The position numbers and the translations under genes are program-made. A model generated the notes under the pieces. That model did not search any database and had not been told where the DNA came from. It saw only the letters and a program-made list of their open reading frames with translations. 64,000 bases of DNA, from NCBI GenBank assembly GCA_965116885.1, contig OZ220741.1, positions 4,960,001 to 5,024,000 of the forward strand, read 5' to 3'. The stretch comes from Candidatus Latescibacterota bacterium. Its GTDB lineage: Bacteria; Latescibacterota; UBA2968. Positions within the stretch are counted from its first letter, which is position 1. Each line of letters opens with the position of its first letter. Below, piece after piece: positions 9,618 through 20,394 of the stretch.

Positions 9618-10673
9618 TCAACTGCCCAGCGCAAAAACCAGACCTCTTTCTTCTGCTGTTTTCTTCAGATCATTCAATGTAACGACATTCAGTGGTATGC
9701 CATGTGTGCGATACGCATTGCGCCGCAGGGCTTCAGGCTCACCAGGGGCAAATAACCGATCCACCCCAGGTGCCATTTTGCAAGCGTGAATCTGCTGAAT
9801 CGCCCTGTCAACGCGCGCCTTGAAACGCGCCACATCTTCAAAAGCACCCACCCGAATAGCCGCCACAAAATGGCCATCTTCGCCCGCCTGTGGTCCATCT
9901 TCCATATTGCCCAATTCGGTGCCATAGCTCGCGCCGGACAACATAGAAGACAAAATCCCCATCACCATTGCCAACGCCACGCCCTTAAATTGCCCAATCG
10001 GCATCAACAAACCATCTATCGCCTTTACGGGATCGGTCGTCGGCACCCCATCCGCATCCATAGCCCACCCTTCTGGCAAGGTCAGTCCTTTTTGTTCATA
10101 CACGCGGATTTTCCCATGTGCAGAGCCAGAAAATGCCGCGTCAAAAACAATGGGAAATTCCCCACCAGCGGGAATCGCCACACTCAAGGGATTAATACCC
10201 AGAATACGCTCAGCACCTCCCCACGGAGCCATTGTGGGCAAAGCATTCGTAGTCGCAATCCCGATCATATCGCAATCCAGAGCCATACGCGCAAAATACC
10301 CCACAGCACCGCAGTGATTACTGCCCCGAATACCCGCAGCCGCTATACCAATATCCCGAGCGCGAGCAATCACCTGCTGCATCGCAAACGCCGTCCCAAT
10401 CTGCCCCATAGAATTGCCCCCATCCACCACCAGACACGCCCCATTATCCTTCACCACCTCGGGTTTGCCATTTGGATCCACGCCATCAACAGTCAACTTA
10501 CTCACGTATTCGGGAACGCGCAATACCCCATGCGAATACACGCCGCTGAGATCCGCATCCACCAGCGAATCCGCCAACAGATGTGCATCCCCTGCACGCA
10601 TCCCACACGTCTCAAAAATTGCCTGCACCAGATCCAACAGTGCCCCAGAAGCCACACGCCTTTCATTCTCCAT
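9618..10673 (-). CDS. Ldh_2 family oxidoreductase (malate/L-lactate/L-sulfolactate/ureidoglycolate dehydrogenase-like)
   Basis: [45 protein letters not shown]. Start taken as ATG 10673. Confidence 0.9.
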   Translation of the reverse strand: MENERRVASGALLDLVQAIFETCGMRAGDAHLLADSLVDADLSGVYSHGVLRVPEYVSKLTVDGVDPNGKPEVVKDNGACLVVDGGNSMGQIGTAFAMQQVIARARDIGIAAAGIRGSNHCGAVGYFARMALDCDMIGIATTNALPTMAPWGGAERILGINPLSVAIPAGGEFPIVFDAAFSGSAHGKIRVYEQKGLTLPEGWAMDADGVPTTDPVKAIDGLLMPIGQFKGVALAMVMGILSSMLSGASYGTELGNMEDGPQAGEDGHFVAAIRVGAFEDVARFKARVDRAIQQIHACKMAPGVDRLFAPGEPEALRRNAYRTHGIPLNVVTLNDLKKTAEERGLVFALGS

Positions 10674-10677
10674 TGCA

Positions 10678-11103
10678 CTATCCCTCAAAAATCTCTCTAA
10701 ATTTTTGGGGTACGGGTCTAATTCTTCGATTGCCATAATCGAGAAACACAATGCCCGTCTTCGCACGCGCCACCTCTCGCCCATCGGATTTTGCACGCAA
10801 AAGATAAAACAAATCACATCCCGTGCGCGAAAAATTGCACACCGCCACATCGCCCGCAAGTGTCTCGCCGTAAAAAGCCTCGCTTCGAAAAACAATCACA
10901 GCATCAATCATCAAAATACCCACCCCATCCACATCCAACTCCGTAAAACCATGTGCTGCAAACAAACGCGCCCGCACCTCATGGCACAGAGACAACACCG
11001 CATCGTTACCCAGATGCCCGCCGTAATTGATATCTGAAACTCTCAACGAGATTTCAGTTGTAAAGATAAACTCATCTGGCAATGCCAGTTTCACCCTGCC
11101 CAT
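10678..11103 (-). CDS. Hotdog-fold acyl-CoA thioesterase
   Basis: RVSDINYGGHLGND...HEVR motif. Confidence 0.85.
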   Translation of the reverse strand: MGRVKLALPDEFIFTTEISLRVSDINYGGHLGNDAVLSLCHEVRARLFAAHGFTELDVDGVGILMIDAVIVFRSEAFYGETLAGDVAVCNFSRTGCDLFYLLRAKSDGREVARAKTGIVFLDYGNRRIRPVPQKFREIFEG

Positions 11104-11124
11104 CTGTCCTCCAAATCTACGCAC

Positions 11125-11862
11125 TCAATGCTTACAAGCCACATGCCGATCTTCGTATATCCCCTTTAGAAACTTTTCGGGATTGAGTTCTTCGGGCAAA
11201 TAATGCCATGCCGTGCTATAGCGCGTGCGATTGCTGTGGTTATCATAGGAACCGTGCAAAAGATTGGCGGAAAACAGAACAACTGTACCAGCGGGAATGA
11301 CCAGATCCACAGCCTGCGATTCATTGACCTTTGTCCAACTACCGTGCCTGCCTGTATTTCTGCGGTGCTCGACAATCTCGCCCATCCGGTGGCTACCGGG
11401 CACCACCCGCAAACACCCATTCTCCAAATCTGAATCTTCCAGATAAATACCGCAACTGATAATGCGATCCGTATCAGTTCCAAAATAATAATTATCCTGA
11501 TGCCACCCCGTTGACGTGCCGCCATTGGGCAACTTCGGAAAAAACTTGGTGCCAAACAAATCGATATTTTCACCAATCAATACCGCTACGCGGTCTAAAA
11601 TCGCCGGTTCACGCGCCAGTTCCAACACGCGGGAATCGACCACACAAACACCCTGAATTTTATGCAACAAACCCGCCCGGGGTTCACCGCGATCGTCCAA
11701 CTCGAGCGTCCAGTGCGGCACCTCCTCGGTCAGCTTGCGCCCCTCTGCGACCAGTTCATCAAACACCCGCTTGTAATAGGCCAATCGCTCGCCCTGGATC
11801 AGGGCTTTAAAAACGAGATACCCATCTTCTCGAAACTGCTGCACCTGTTCGTCAGTCAACAT
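11125..11862 (-). CDS. PhyH family dioxygenase
   Basis: QFREDGYL, GWHQDNYY, ENGCLRVVPGSH, LLHGS, RYS. Confidence 0.9.
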   Translation of the reverse strand: MLTDEQVQQFREDGYLVFKALIQGERLAYYKRVFDELVAEGRKLTEEVPHWTLELDDRGEPRAGLLHKIQGVCVVDSRVLELAREPAILDRVAVLIGENIDLFGTKFFPKLPNGGTSTGWHQDNYYFGTDTDRIISCGIYLEDSDLENGCLRVVPGSHRMGEIVEHRRNTGRHGSWTKVNESQAVDLVIPAGTVVLFSANLLHGSYDNHSNRTRYSTAWHYLPEELNPEKFLKGIYEDRHVACKH

Positions 11863-11940
11863 AAAAACCTCCCTTGATCAGGATTTTCAGGATACCACAG
11901 GATACCGCCCCTCCCCTGCCTGTTCTCCGCGTCATCTGTG

Positions 11941-12891
11941 TCATCTGTTTAATCCGCGTTTAATTTCCCGATTCAACTTCGCAGCCTTCACCAACTCGCG
12001 CTCCAGCAATTGGTAATAGGCCGCAGAATCCATTGCCGATTTTCTTTTCACCAGAGCCTGCACCTCATCAATCGCCTTGCCATAAGCTGCAACAAGCGCG
12101 GGCGAAGCGCCTTTGGGAACACGAAAATTGAGCAAAAAACAGCGATCTGCCAACATCCCATCGCCCGCGTCGATATCGGACAGACGCGTACCCAACCCAT
12201 CGCCATTATCGTCCAAAATCGCGTTCTCCGTCGCAATCAGCCCCTCACTCAAAAACCAGGCATCTGTCAGTGAAGACGCCTGGGTGCAAATCTCCAGAAC
12301 CGAAATGCGATCATCGCGATTTTGATCTGCACTACCATCCTCCAGTGCCTGAACAAAAAAACGCATAAATTGCGTGGCATTGCGCTGATCTGTACTGCGC
12401 GTACTCGCGCATATAATACGCCCATCTCGACTCAGTGCATTGACAAAAGGCGCACTCATCGACGCACCATTGACAACAATAATGCGCCGCGCGGATAATG
12501 TCTTCAAAAATCCATCCAGATCTTCCGCTGTCAAATCCGCACCGGGAATATTCAGCTTGGCAACCTGGCGTCGATAGCTCCCGTGCCCAATTAAAAAAAT
12601 GAACACATCGTCATCCGGCGTTACCCGCTCCGACAAACCGCGGAATGTATTGCGAAGGACCGCTATTGACGACCTGCCATCGGCATTCTCGCCCGTCTCA
12701 TTTACCAAGTGTACATTTGCCGCGGGATGATCGCATCGCTCAATCAGCACCCGGCGCAAACGCTGTCCCCAATCGTCAAACCGCTCGGAATACGCGTCCT
12801 CTCCACCACTACCGCTGATGATCACATCAAAAACAGCGGCATTCGCCTGCGCCAACATCAACATCCAAATTGGGAATGCCCATAATTTCAC
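11941..12891 (-). CDS. Secreted caspase/C13-like fold protein of the MoxR cluster
   Basis: GTG start overlaps the upstream stop. Signal-like MKLWAFPIWMLMLAQANA, FLIGHGS, ADQNRDDRISVLE. Confidence 0.6.
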   Translation of the reverse strand: MKLWAFPIWMLMLAQANAAVFDVIISGSGGEDAYSERFDDWGQRLRRVLIERCDHPAANVHLVNETGENADGRSSIAVLRNTFRGLSERVTPDDDVFIFLIGHGSYRRQVAKLNIPGADLTAEDLDGFLKTLSARRIIVVNGASMSAPFVNALSRDGRIICASTRSTDQRNATQFMRFFVQALEDGSADQNRDDRISVLEICTQASSLTDAWFLSEGLIATENAILDDNGDGLGTRLSDIDAGDGMLADRCFLLNFRVPKGASPALVAAYGKAIDEVQALVKRKSAMDSAAYYQLLERELVKAAKLNREIKRGLNR

Positions 12892-15245
12892 GGCTCTCCT
12901 CGCTTCCGTCTCAAATACCATTCAACGCCGAGCAACAACACAAGCACGATATAAAAAGGCGGGAAATGCCACAACGGAAAACGATCCAATCGCGCGTGGG
13001 CCTGGTCGGTATATGGAATCTGCTCGGCCAATTCGTCCAGCGCGTTCAACTCGATAAATTTGCCCCTCGTGTGTGCAGACAGGCGTTTCAAAAAATCGGG
13101 ATTATAACGCGCAGACAAAAACTCGAGATTATCCGGACGCGCCAGCATAGCTGCGTCCAACTGCCCAACATCCGCGCCATCGGCATCGCGTGCAGTAAGT
13201 CTTACGCGGTGCAATCCCGCTTCTGTAGCTTCAAAAATTGCAGAATACGCACCCACCTCGGCAATAGATTCAGAAACCGGCAATCTAACTGTCCCACCAT
13301 TCGGTAACTCGACCAACACATCGACGGACAGCCCTTCGCGGGATTCAAAAAGAGAATCGCGCACCACAAACTTCAAATCGCGCAGATCTCCTACGACAAC
13401 ATCCTCGCCGCTATCGATCATCGTCACAGGCTCTGGCACCCGCATCGCCAGCAAACGCGCCAACTGCCGCCAAAAGCGTTCGTGGGCGGCATTGTCAACA
13501 TTCTGCATCATCTGCCACTGCCACGTCTCGCCCGTACCCAACGCAGCACTCAAACCCTCTCCATATCGCTGCCATGCAAACAGCGGCTGTGCATCCACAG
13601 CTTCAGACTCAGCATCCACCGTCGCCATCACCGTTGCACCAGCGCGCACAGACGCAAACGCATTGACCCCGTAAAGCGCGGATAAATTCGCCCACTGCTC
13701 GGCATTGACTTCGGCATCTTCGCTCAAAGACCAGACCCCTGACAATAAGCCTTCAATCGTCGGCTTAGCGCGAAAAGCCACATCGTCGTAATCGCCCGCA
13801 GGTCCCAACACAACAGGTAACATCGGTTCAATAGTCGAATGTGCCCATCCGCCCTCAGAGTATGCACGCGGACCGCCCAGCATCAAAAAACTGCCCCCGC
13901 GTTTGGACACAAATTCCCGCGTCAAATTTAGTTGTGCAAGAGAAAAGAAATCGCGCTCAATATCCCCCCAGATCACTACATGGTAGCGAAAAAGCTCTGC
14001 AACATCTGAGGGATACCCACTTGCCAACTCCGATTTTGACACACCAATGCGGATAAAAACCGCTTCGTCATAACGCGGCGCATTCAACGCCTGATCGTCA
14101 AAGCCCTCAAAAAGGGGATTCGCCATCGTCGCATCGCGCCCCCGGAATACAAACTTGCGCTCGGCACCAGAGATGCGAACCAGACTCGACAAAACGAGTT
14201 GCGGCGCCCCATCTAAGGCACGTCTCAAAAACTTGCCCTCCCAATTGGGCCGCCCACTAAAATACAAAATGCGAAAAACGCGCTCGCGATTATCCACCAG
14301 AATATCCCGCGCATTATTCGCAACAATGCGATCTTTGACCGCAACACCCGTAGTATCTGCCAAACGCGTTCTCACGCGATGTGATAGCCAGCCATCTCTT
14401 TGTGGGTCAAAATAGAGCCGGACATAATTCTCTTCTTCCGGTCCCACAATAGAGAGCGGTGACGACGCCACCACCCGCGTGCCGTCCAGCACCTCAACCA
14501 TTACATCTTCACCACCCAAACCCTCGGCCACCACCCGCGCTGTAACCGCCACCTCATCGGACCGCACGCGCGACACCGACACATCGGCCAATGCCAGATC
14601 GCGCCAGAGATCATCGCGACCTACCCCCACCGTAAAAACGGGTACATCGCCGGGCAAATCCGTTATCGGAACGGGCGCGGCACTTTGCTGCACCCCATCG
14701 CTAAACACCACCACAGCCGACACCGCAGCACCCGACATTTGCTTGAGTACCCCGCGAACTGCACCGACAATATCTGATCGCCCCTGATCAAACACCAGGT
14801 CTTCAACCTCATTTACGCGCGCTGTTGTGCTGCCAAACCGAAACCGCGCCACCTGGTGAGACTGCGTCAACACGCGCTCAAAATCCGACAATTGATACGC
14901 CTGCACAAATCGTTCTGCCCGCGTCTCTCCACCATTTTCGGGCACCGTCATACTGCGAGAATCATCGAACAAAACAGGCACAAAATGCGTACCAGGCTCC
15001 AACCTCTGCGCCACCAACGCAGGCCCCAATAACAAAAACAGCACCAGCGCCAATGACAGCGCGCGCAACCCAATCAACACCTTTGAAAGCGCAGGGCGCC
15101 GCCTGTGCCAAAAAACCACACTCACACAAAAAACAACGCCGAGCAAGACCAGCGCCACAGGCCATGCGACATCCAGTGCAAACCGCACATCGCGATACGC
15201 AGCGGCGCGCTCCCCTGCCAATAAGTGTAATAACCAGTCAGTCAC
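12888..15245 (-). CDS. Membrane protein with vWA and glutamine-amidotransferase-like (DUF1355-type) domains
   Basis: N-terminal TM segments, MIDAS FDDSRSM, FSDG, GGSFLMLGG, YGEG, HERFWRQL, C-terminal EWYLRRK. Confidence 0.75.
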   Translation of the reverse strand: MTDWLLHLLAGERAAAYRDVRFALDVAWPVALVLLGVVFCVSVVFWHRRRPALSKVLIGLRALSLALVLFLLLGPALVAQRLEPGTHFVPVLFDDSRSMTVPENGGETRAERFVQAYQLSDFERVLTQSHQVARFRFGSTTARVNEVEDLVFDQGRSDIVGAVRGVLKQMSGAAVSAVVVFSDGVQQSAAPVPITDLPGDVPVFTVGVGRDDLWRDLALADVSVSRVRSDEVAVTARVVAEGLGGEDVMVEVLDGTRVVASSPLSIVGPEEENYVRLYFDPQRDGWLSHRVRTRLADTTGVAVKDRIVANNARDILVDNRERVFRILYFSGRPNWEGKFLRRALDGAPQLVLSSLVRISGAERKFVFRGRDATMANPLFEGFDDQALNAPRYDEAVFIRIGVSKSELASGYPSDVAELFRYHVVIWGDIERDFFSLAQLNLTREFVSKRGGSFLMLGGPRAYSEGGWAHSTIEPMLPVVLGPAGDYDDVAFRAKPTIEGLLSGVWSLSEDAEVNAEQWANLSALYGVNAFASVRAGATVMATVDAESEAVDAQPLFAWQRYGEGLSAALGTGETWQWQMMQNVDNAAHERFWRQLARLLAMRVPEPVTMIDSGEDVVVGDLRDLKFVVRDSLFESREGLSVDVLVELPNGGTVRLPVSESIAEVGAYSAIFEATEAGLHRVRLTARDADGADVGQLDAAMLARPDNLEFLSARYNPDFLKRLSAHTRGKFIELNALDELAEQIPYTDQAHARLDRFPLWHFPPFYIVLVLLLGVEWYLRRKRGEP

Positions 15246-18200
15246 TTCTCACGTTCCGTCAATGCCTTAAAATACTCGGCAACACGGGTGCGGTATTGCT
15301 CGGGAATTTCATCTGCCTTGCCAGCGGAAAGACCATAGTCTCCTTTACGCTCGCGAATCAGATCCGACAATTCTTCAGCAGACAGCGTCAAAGGCTTGAT
15401 CGCGCGATCAAAAATCAAATCGTATTGCGGCACCGCCCCCGCGCGATAATAATCGCGCCCAATACCCGCCAGATCTTCGCGGACACCCGTCAAACGCTGT
15501 CGCACACCCAGATCAGCCGGCAAAAGTGACTCGGCCTCGCGCAATCGATCCATCCAATCGCGAAAACCGCCTTCGGCAAAACGCCGCAACGCATCGGGAT
15601 CTTGCGGTCCCCATCCAAATCGCCCGTCACCATCCCCTCTTTCTCCCCCCATCACACGCTCCAGACGCTCCTGCGCCCGCTCCAGCGCTTCCAGATCATC
15701 GCGCACCAGAAGCTGCGCGACACCATCGAGTTTTTCAGCCGCCTGATCCAATTTGTCCGCCACAGCGCGCTCGTGTGTCTCCGATGCCTGCCACGCTCCC
15801 AATCTCACCAATCGCTCGCCCGCTTGCATATCTTCAAAAATGCCCTCTCGGCTCGTCTCGCGCAGCCAGTCATTGAGTTTTTGCGCCATCAAACCCTGGC
15901 TTTCAACAGCTTTTTCTGCCAACGCACTCGCCTCCTCCATCATATCGCGGAACTCATCGGCCGTGCGTTGCTTTCCCTCGAGCATCTCTCTCAACCCACG
16001 CTCCGAATCAGACAGCGTCCTGCGCTGCGTCTGCTGCTCCTGTGCCTGTGCGACCAAACCCCGCTGTTGGGCGCGCAAACTGTCCATCTTTTCTTGCAAC
16101 ATCTTCATGCGCTCAGCAGCTGCCCCGCGCGATAAATTGCCCAATTGCTCCTGCACATCGCGCAAAGCGTCTAAAGCGCGATTGCCCGCAGCCCGCGCCC
16201 GTTGCAACTGATCGTTCTCCAGATTTTGCGCGCTGCGACTCATTTGCCGCCGCGCACCTTCCAATTGTTCCCGCGCCTGCCGCGCCTGTTGTGGATCCAT
16301 ATCCCCGGAAGCAATCTCACCATTGACCGCATCGAGCGCATCCATTGTCTGACGCTGCGCCTCGCGCAACTGCTCCAGGCGACGTTTGGCCTCCTCTCGC
16401 GCTTCGCCATCCAGCTTTTCCACCTCTGAAATCAACTGCGCAACATCTTCGTTAATCGCCGCCTGCCGTCTCGTCAATTCCTCTATTTTATTTTGTGCTT
16501 CTGCCGTCTCCGCGAGTTGCTGTTGCAATGTAGATGCCTCTTCCCGAAAATCTCGTCGCTGCGCCAACTCCAGACCATCTAACTCGCGTTGTTGTGCCTG
16601 TCCCCCACCGCCACCGCGTTGACGCTGCCTGCCTTGCACCACTTCAGACTCTCTCGGTCTCCTCTGCAACAGGTATCGATACGCGCGCTGTGCATGCCCC
16701 CATGCCCTTGCCAATGCCGCATCCGGATCGTCAAAAGACGCCTCGCTCAGTGCCCCGATAACACCCGCAAACTCAGCTTCCAAATCCGCTGCCGGATTCC
16801 TCACAGAACCCCGGACATTCTCCTGCGCTTCAATAATAGCGTGCTTCTGCTCATCGTATTCTTCCCAATCCATTCCCGACGCGCCTTTGCGCAAATTCCA
16901 GATCGCGATAATCACCTGCTTCTGGCCCTCAGCACCACCCCGATGTCCCCTGCCCTGCCCCTGCTGACCACCCTCGTTACTCACAGCTTGACGATAGAGC
17001 CGTTCAAAAGGCCGAATCTCCAAAAAATAGGGATCGCCCAGAGTCTCAATCTCAGACCGCCCCGGCTTGCCATCTTCTGCCCAAACCGTCCAGGTGATAA
17101 AATCGCCTGCCGCGAGACCCAAATCTTCTAATGCCATCGGATACTCACCCTCTGCACTCTCTATCTGCGCGGTCTCCGTCTTAAGAGAAATCCGCACGGG
17201 ATCGCGCCCTGCCACCTCGTATTGCAAACCGTAATCCATAAGCCTGTAATCGTCTTTTATCGAAAACCCAAAAGCAACTTCCTCTATTGCCGTAGCCTCG
17301 TCATCTCCGCGTGGAAAACGAACCTGTATGCGCGGCGGCTGATCCACTTTGGCCGTAATTTTATACGCGCGCGCATACTCATTTTCCTCGCCATCGGCAT
17401 CCCGTAACGCCACCTCATAAGTACCGTTCTCTACAATAGACAGCGTACCTTCCCACACGGAATCGTCCGATTTTTCCAACGCCATTTCTTCTCCATCATC
17501 CAATACCAGTGCTGCCGTCTCCAACGCTTTATTCACCGTCACCGACACCGACACCTCCGTGCCTTCGGGCGCCGTAATATCGCCCCCATAAGGCACATCC
17601 CGGTCCTCCATCTCCAAATAATCGGGATAGCGATATAGAAGTCCAATTGACACGACTTCGGGTGGCGTCCACACCGAAAACCGATACACTTCTGAACGAT
17701 AAGACCCAACCTGCACCTGGTATTCTGTATCGGCGTACAAATCGCGCAACTGGTGGGCAAACACATCGCCAGTCTCTCCAGGCTCTAAAGGCGCAGTTTG
17801 CCAGTCCCCGCCCGATGCTCGCCACTGAATCGCCTTACTCGCTCCTGAGAGATCTGTCGTCACCCACACCATCTGATGCGCCCCGCGCCGCACCCGTGCA
17901 TCGCCCGGTTCAACCGTATAGGGCAATGGCAAAGTCGGCACAGAAAACAACCGCCCTGCAATATCGCCCAGATCAACCTGCCACAGTGCCAGGAGCAACA
18001 CAACAGCCCCCAATCCCCACACCCCAACAACCGCGCGGCGCACGCGCTTCAAAACGCGTAAATCGATCACAGGTGGTGCCTGTATCGCCGACAATTCGCG
18101 CACCTGCTGAAACACCTGCTCGGTCATCCACTCGGAAACCGGCGTTGACCCGTGCAGCGACACAGTGCTCACAATCAGATCCTCAAGATCGGGATGATGT

Positions 18201-18478
18201 GCATCGAGAAACAGCGCGATCTGCTCTCGCGTCACCACGGTCCGCTGCGGCACATACAACCACTTATAACCCGCGCCAAAGACCAGAATAAAAAATGCCA
18301 GAACCGGCACAACCACGGGTACGCGATCGACAAAAGCCACCACAGCGCACACCCCGATCAGCAAACTTAAAAACACCGCGCCAAATATCAACCGACCCTG
18401 CAAACGCCGCCGCCGTTCAAACTGCGCGGCCACTTCGCGGATCGCGTGTTCCAATTTAAGTGGTAGCAATGGTATCAT
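15242..18478 (-). CDS. DUF4175-like membrane-anchored Ig/coiled-coil protein
   Basis: Three N-terminal TM segments, beta-rich middle (DDYRL), long Q/E-rich coiled coil, terminal IPEQYRTRVAEYFKAL. Confidence 0.7.
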   Translation of the reverse strand: MIPLLPLKLEHAIREVAAQFERRRRLQGRLIFGAVFLSLLIGVCAVVAFVDRVPVVVPVLAFFILVFGAGYKWLYVPQRTVVTREQIALFLDAHHPDLEDLIVSTVSLHGSTPVSEWMTEQVFQQVRELSAIQAPPVIDLRVLKRVRRAVVGVWGLGAVVLLLALWQVDLGDIAGRLFSVPTLPLPYTVEPGDARVRRGAHQMVWVTTDLSGASKAIQWRASGGDWQTAPLEPGETGDVFAHQLRDLYADTEYQVQVGSYRSEVYRFSVWTPPEVVSIGLLYRYPDYLEMEDRDVPYGGDITAPEGTEVSVSVTVNKALETAALVLDDGEEMALEKSDDSVWEGTLSIVENGTYEVALRDADGEENEYARAYKITAKVDQPPRIQVRFPRGDDEATAIEEVAFGFSIKDDYRLMDYGLQYEVAGRDPVRISLKTETAQIESAEGEYPMALEDLGLAAGDFITWTVWAEDGKPGRSEIETLGDPYFLEIRPFERLYRQAVSNEGGQQGQGRGHRGGAEGQKQVIIAIWNLRKGASGMDWEEYDEQKHAIIEAQENVRGSVRNPAADLEAEFAGVIGALSEASFDDPDAALARAWGHAQRAYRYLLQRRPRESEVVQGRQRQRGGGGGQAQQRELDGLELAQRRDFREEASTLQQQLAETAEAQNKIEELTRRQAAINEDVAQLISEVEKLDGEAREEAKRRLEQLREAQRQTMDALDAVNGEIASGDMDPQQARQAREQLEGARRQMSRSAQNLENDQLQRARAAGNRALDALRDVQEQLGNLSRGAAAERMKMLQEKMDSLRAQQRGLVAQAQEQQTQRRTLSDSERGLREMLEGKQRTADEFRDMMEEASALAEKAVESQGLMAQKLNDWLRETSREGIFEDMQAGERLVRLGAWQASETHERAVADKLDQAAEKLDGVAQLLVRDDLEALERAQERLERVMGGERGDGDGRFGWGPQDPDALRRFAEGGFRDWMDRLREAESLLPADLGVRQRLTGVREDLAGIGRDYYRAGAVPQYDLIFDRAIKPLTLSAEELSDLIRERKGDYGLSAGKADEIPEQYRTRVAEYFKALTEREK

Positions 18479-20394
18479 GTCCGTACCTCCCGCGCACTCA
18501 AATACGCGGCGTAAAAATGTTCGAGCAAAAGCAAAATGAGCAAAAATCCGAGCACCCAGCGACCGTATTCATACACAATCGAAAGATCAGCCGATTGTTC
18601 GCCATCTCTCTGAAATAACACGGGCGTATCGCACAGCCGAATCTCAAATTCCGCGGGCGTTATCCGCGCCAAATCGCTCTCTCGTTCTGCGACATTAACC
18701 GATGCGATTTGCGTCCCCCACTGATATACGCCGGGCGCGTGAAATATGCGCGCATCGCCAACTACAGAATCCGACCCCTCTGGTCCCATAACTCGCTCCA
18801 CCGCATCAGACGTATTTATGGCATCGCCCACCTGATAATCTGTCTCGATCTCCCGATCACCAGATAAATAGCGCAACGTCTCGTGCAACAAAGGTACAAA
18901 CCGCGGCGTCCGCGCCAAATTTGACCGATCAAACCCCATTCCACCGCCCCAGACCACAATGCGACCTTCTCCTATCCTGCCTTCGACAATAGCGGGCATC
19001 AAATCGTCGTATTTTGCCAACACCGCGGCTGAACTGTCGGTGCTAATAACGTGGTAATTCTCATAGCGCACAGACGAAAAATCGTTAAACCGCGCCCCCT
19101 TGAAAGGACGAAAAATGGGATGCTCCAAATCGACCCACGCCAGCGCGGCATAACCCGCATCCGCCACCCCTGAAACCCGGATATTCGCACGCGCAAGCAA
19201 AGCATTTACAGATTGAATATCGGCATCTCTGTGAAGCGGCAAAAACAGCGCACCGCCTTCTTCGACATAATCTGCAAACTCACTTACAGAAGTCACATCC
19301 TCAGCTATCACCACCGACCCCATAAGTTCTCCAGACCAGATCAAACGCCAGTCCGCGCCTTCGGGCACAGCAGCTTTGAGCATAAACTGCGTGACCTCCG
19401 AAGTGTTCAACACCGCGATGGGATGTTGCGGTTTGGCAAGCCATGCAAAAAAACGGCGATCATCTCGCTGTAATCCATCTGCTCCTGCGAGCGCGACATA
19501 TCCGTTTATTCCCTCCTCCAGAGGCACAGAGAAAGCCACCTGTGTGGCATTGCCCGGCAACACCGTCACATCGCGCGATTCTACCACTTCTCCATCAACC
19601 ACCAGTTGCGCGGCAAGTCCCCCTTGCCCAAACCAGTTTCGCACCCGAGCGCGAACCCGCAAAACATCGTCCTTTACAGCCCGCACAGCGAGCGCGTCAA
19701 CCGACGCATTAGACACCTGGGAGATCCCCACATCCACCGCTTGAAACTCAATCGCGCCCGGCAACCGCCATCCCATATCGGACACCGGCATGCCACTCGC
19801 CTGAAAATCGCTGATCACATGCACCACGCGCTTCACCTGCGCAGTATCAGCCGCAAAAACATGCTCAACCGCCTGAAGAGCCAAAACATAATCCGTATGC
19901 CCCCACGTCACATCGGCGATCTCAATAGCGTGTCGAACATCTGCCACATCACCCGAAAGCGGCACATCCACCACGGCCTGCTGTGCAAATCGCACAAACC
20001 CGACCCGATCCCCCGGCTCCACAGTCTCCAGCACGGATTTCGCCCCCATCTTCGCGCGCTCCCACACCCCATCATATCCCATACTCAGCGAAACATCCAT
20101 CGCAATCACATAATCAGTCGTTCCCGAAGACACCGCCTCTGCATTCAACATCATCTCTTGAAAAGGTCGCGCAAACGCAAGTGCCAGAGCGACCAGCACC
20201 GCCATTCGCAACAACATCAACACAATGTGTTGAACGCGCCTGCGCTCAATCACCTCGCGTTTGACATCGGGCACAAACATCAAACTGCTAAACCGCACAG
20301 TCTCGCGCTCGGGACGGCGAATGCGATGCACAAAATAGGGAATGCCAATCAACGCAACCCCAAATGCAAATAGCGGGACGAGCAACCCCATCAC
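18475..20394 (-). CDS. BatA N-terminal plus vWA domain protein
   Basis: IPYFVH...FSSLMF...LLRM...ALAFARP, MIDAS MDVSLSM, ISDFQ, ESDL, C-terminal TM. Confidence 0.85.
   Translation of the reverse strand: MMGLLVPLFAFGVALIGIPYFVHRIRRPERETVRFSSLMFVPDVKREVIERRRVQHIVLMLLRMAVLVALALAFARPFQEMMLNAEAVSSGTTDYVIAMDVSLSMGYDGVWERAKMGAKSVLETVEPGDRVGFVRFAQQAVVDVPLSGDVADVRHAIEIADVTWGHTDYVLALQAVEHVFAADTAQVKRVVHVISDFQASGMPVSDMGWRLPGAIEFQAVDVGISQVSNASVDALAVRAVKDDVLRVRARVRNWFGQGGLAAQLVVDGEVVESRDVTVLPGNATQVAFSVPLEEGINGYVALAGADGLQRDDRRFFAWLAKPQHPIAVLNTSEVTQFMLKAAVPEGADWRLIWSGELMGSVVIAEDVTSVSEFADYVEEGGALFLPLHRDADIQSVNALLARANIRVSGVADAGYAALAWVDLEHPIFRPFKGARFNDFSSVRYENYHVISTDSSAAVLAKYDDLMPAIVEGRIGEGRIVVWGGGMGFDRSNLARTPRFVPLLHETLRYLSGDREIETDYQVGDAINTSDAVERVMGPEGSDSVVGDARIFHAPGVYQWGTQIASVNVAERESDLARITPAEFEIRLCDTPVLFQRDGEQSADLSIVYEYGRWVLGFLLILLLLEHFYAAYLSAREVRT

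Noticed and set aside
10674..10895. N-terminal extension of the Ldh_2 ORF
   Set aside because: Overlaps the thioesterase gene. Family similarity begins at MENERR.
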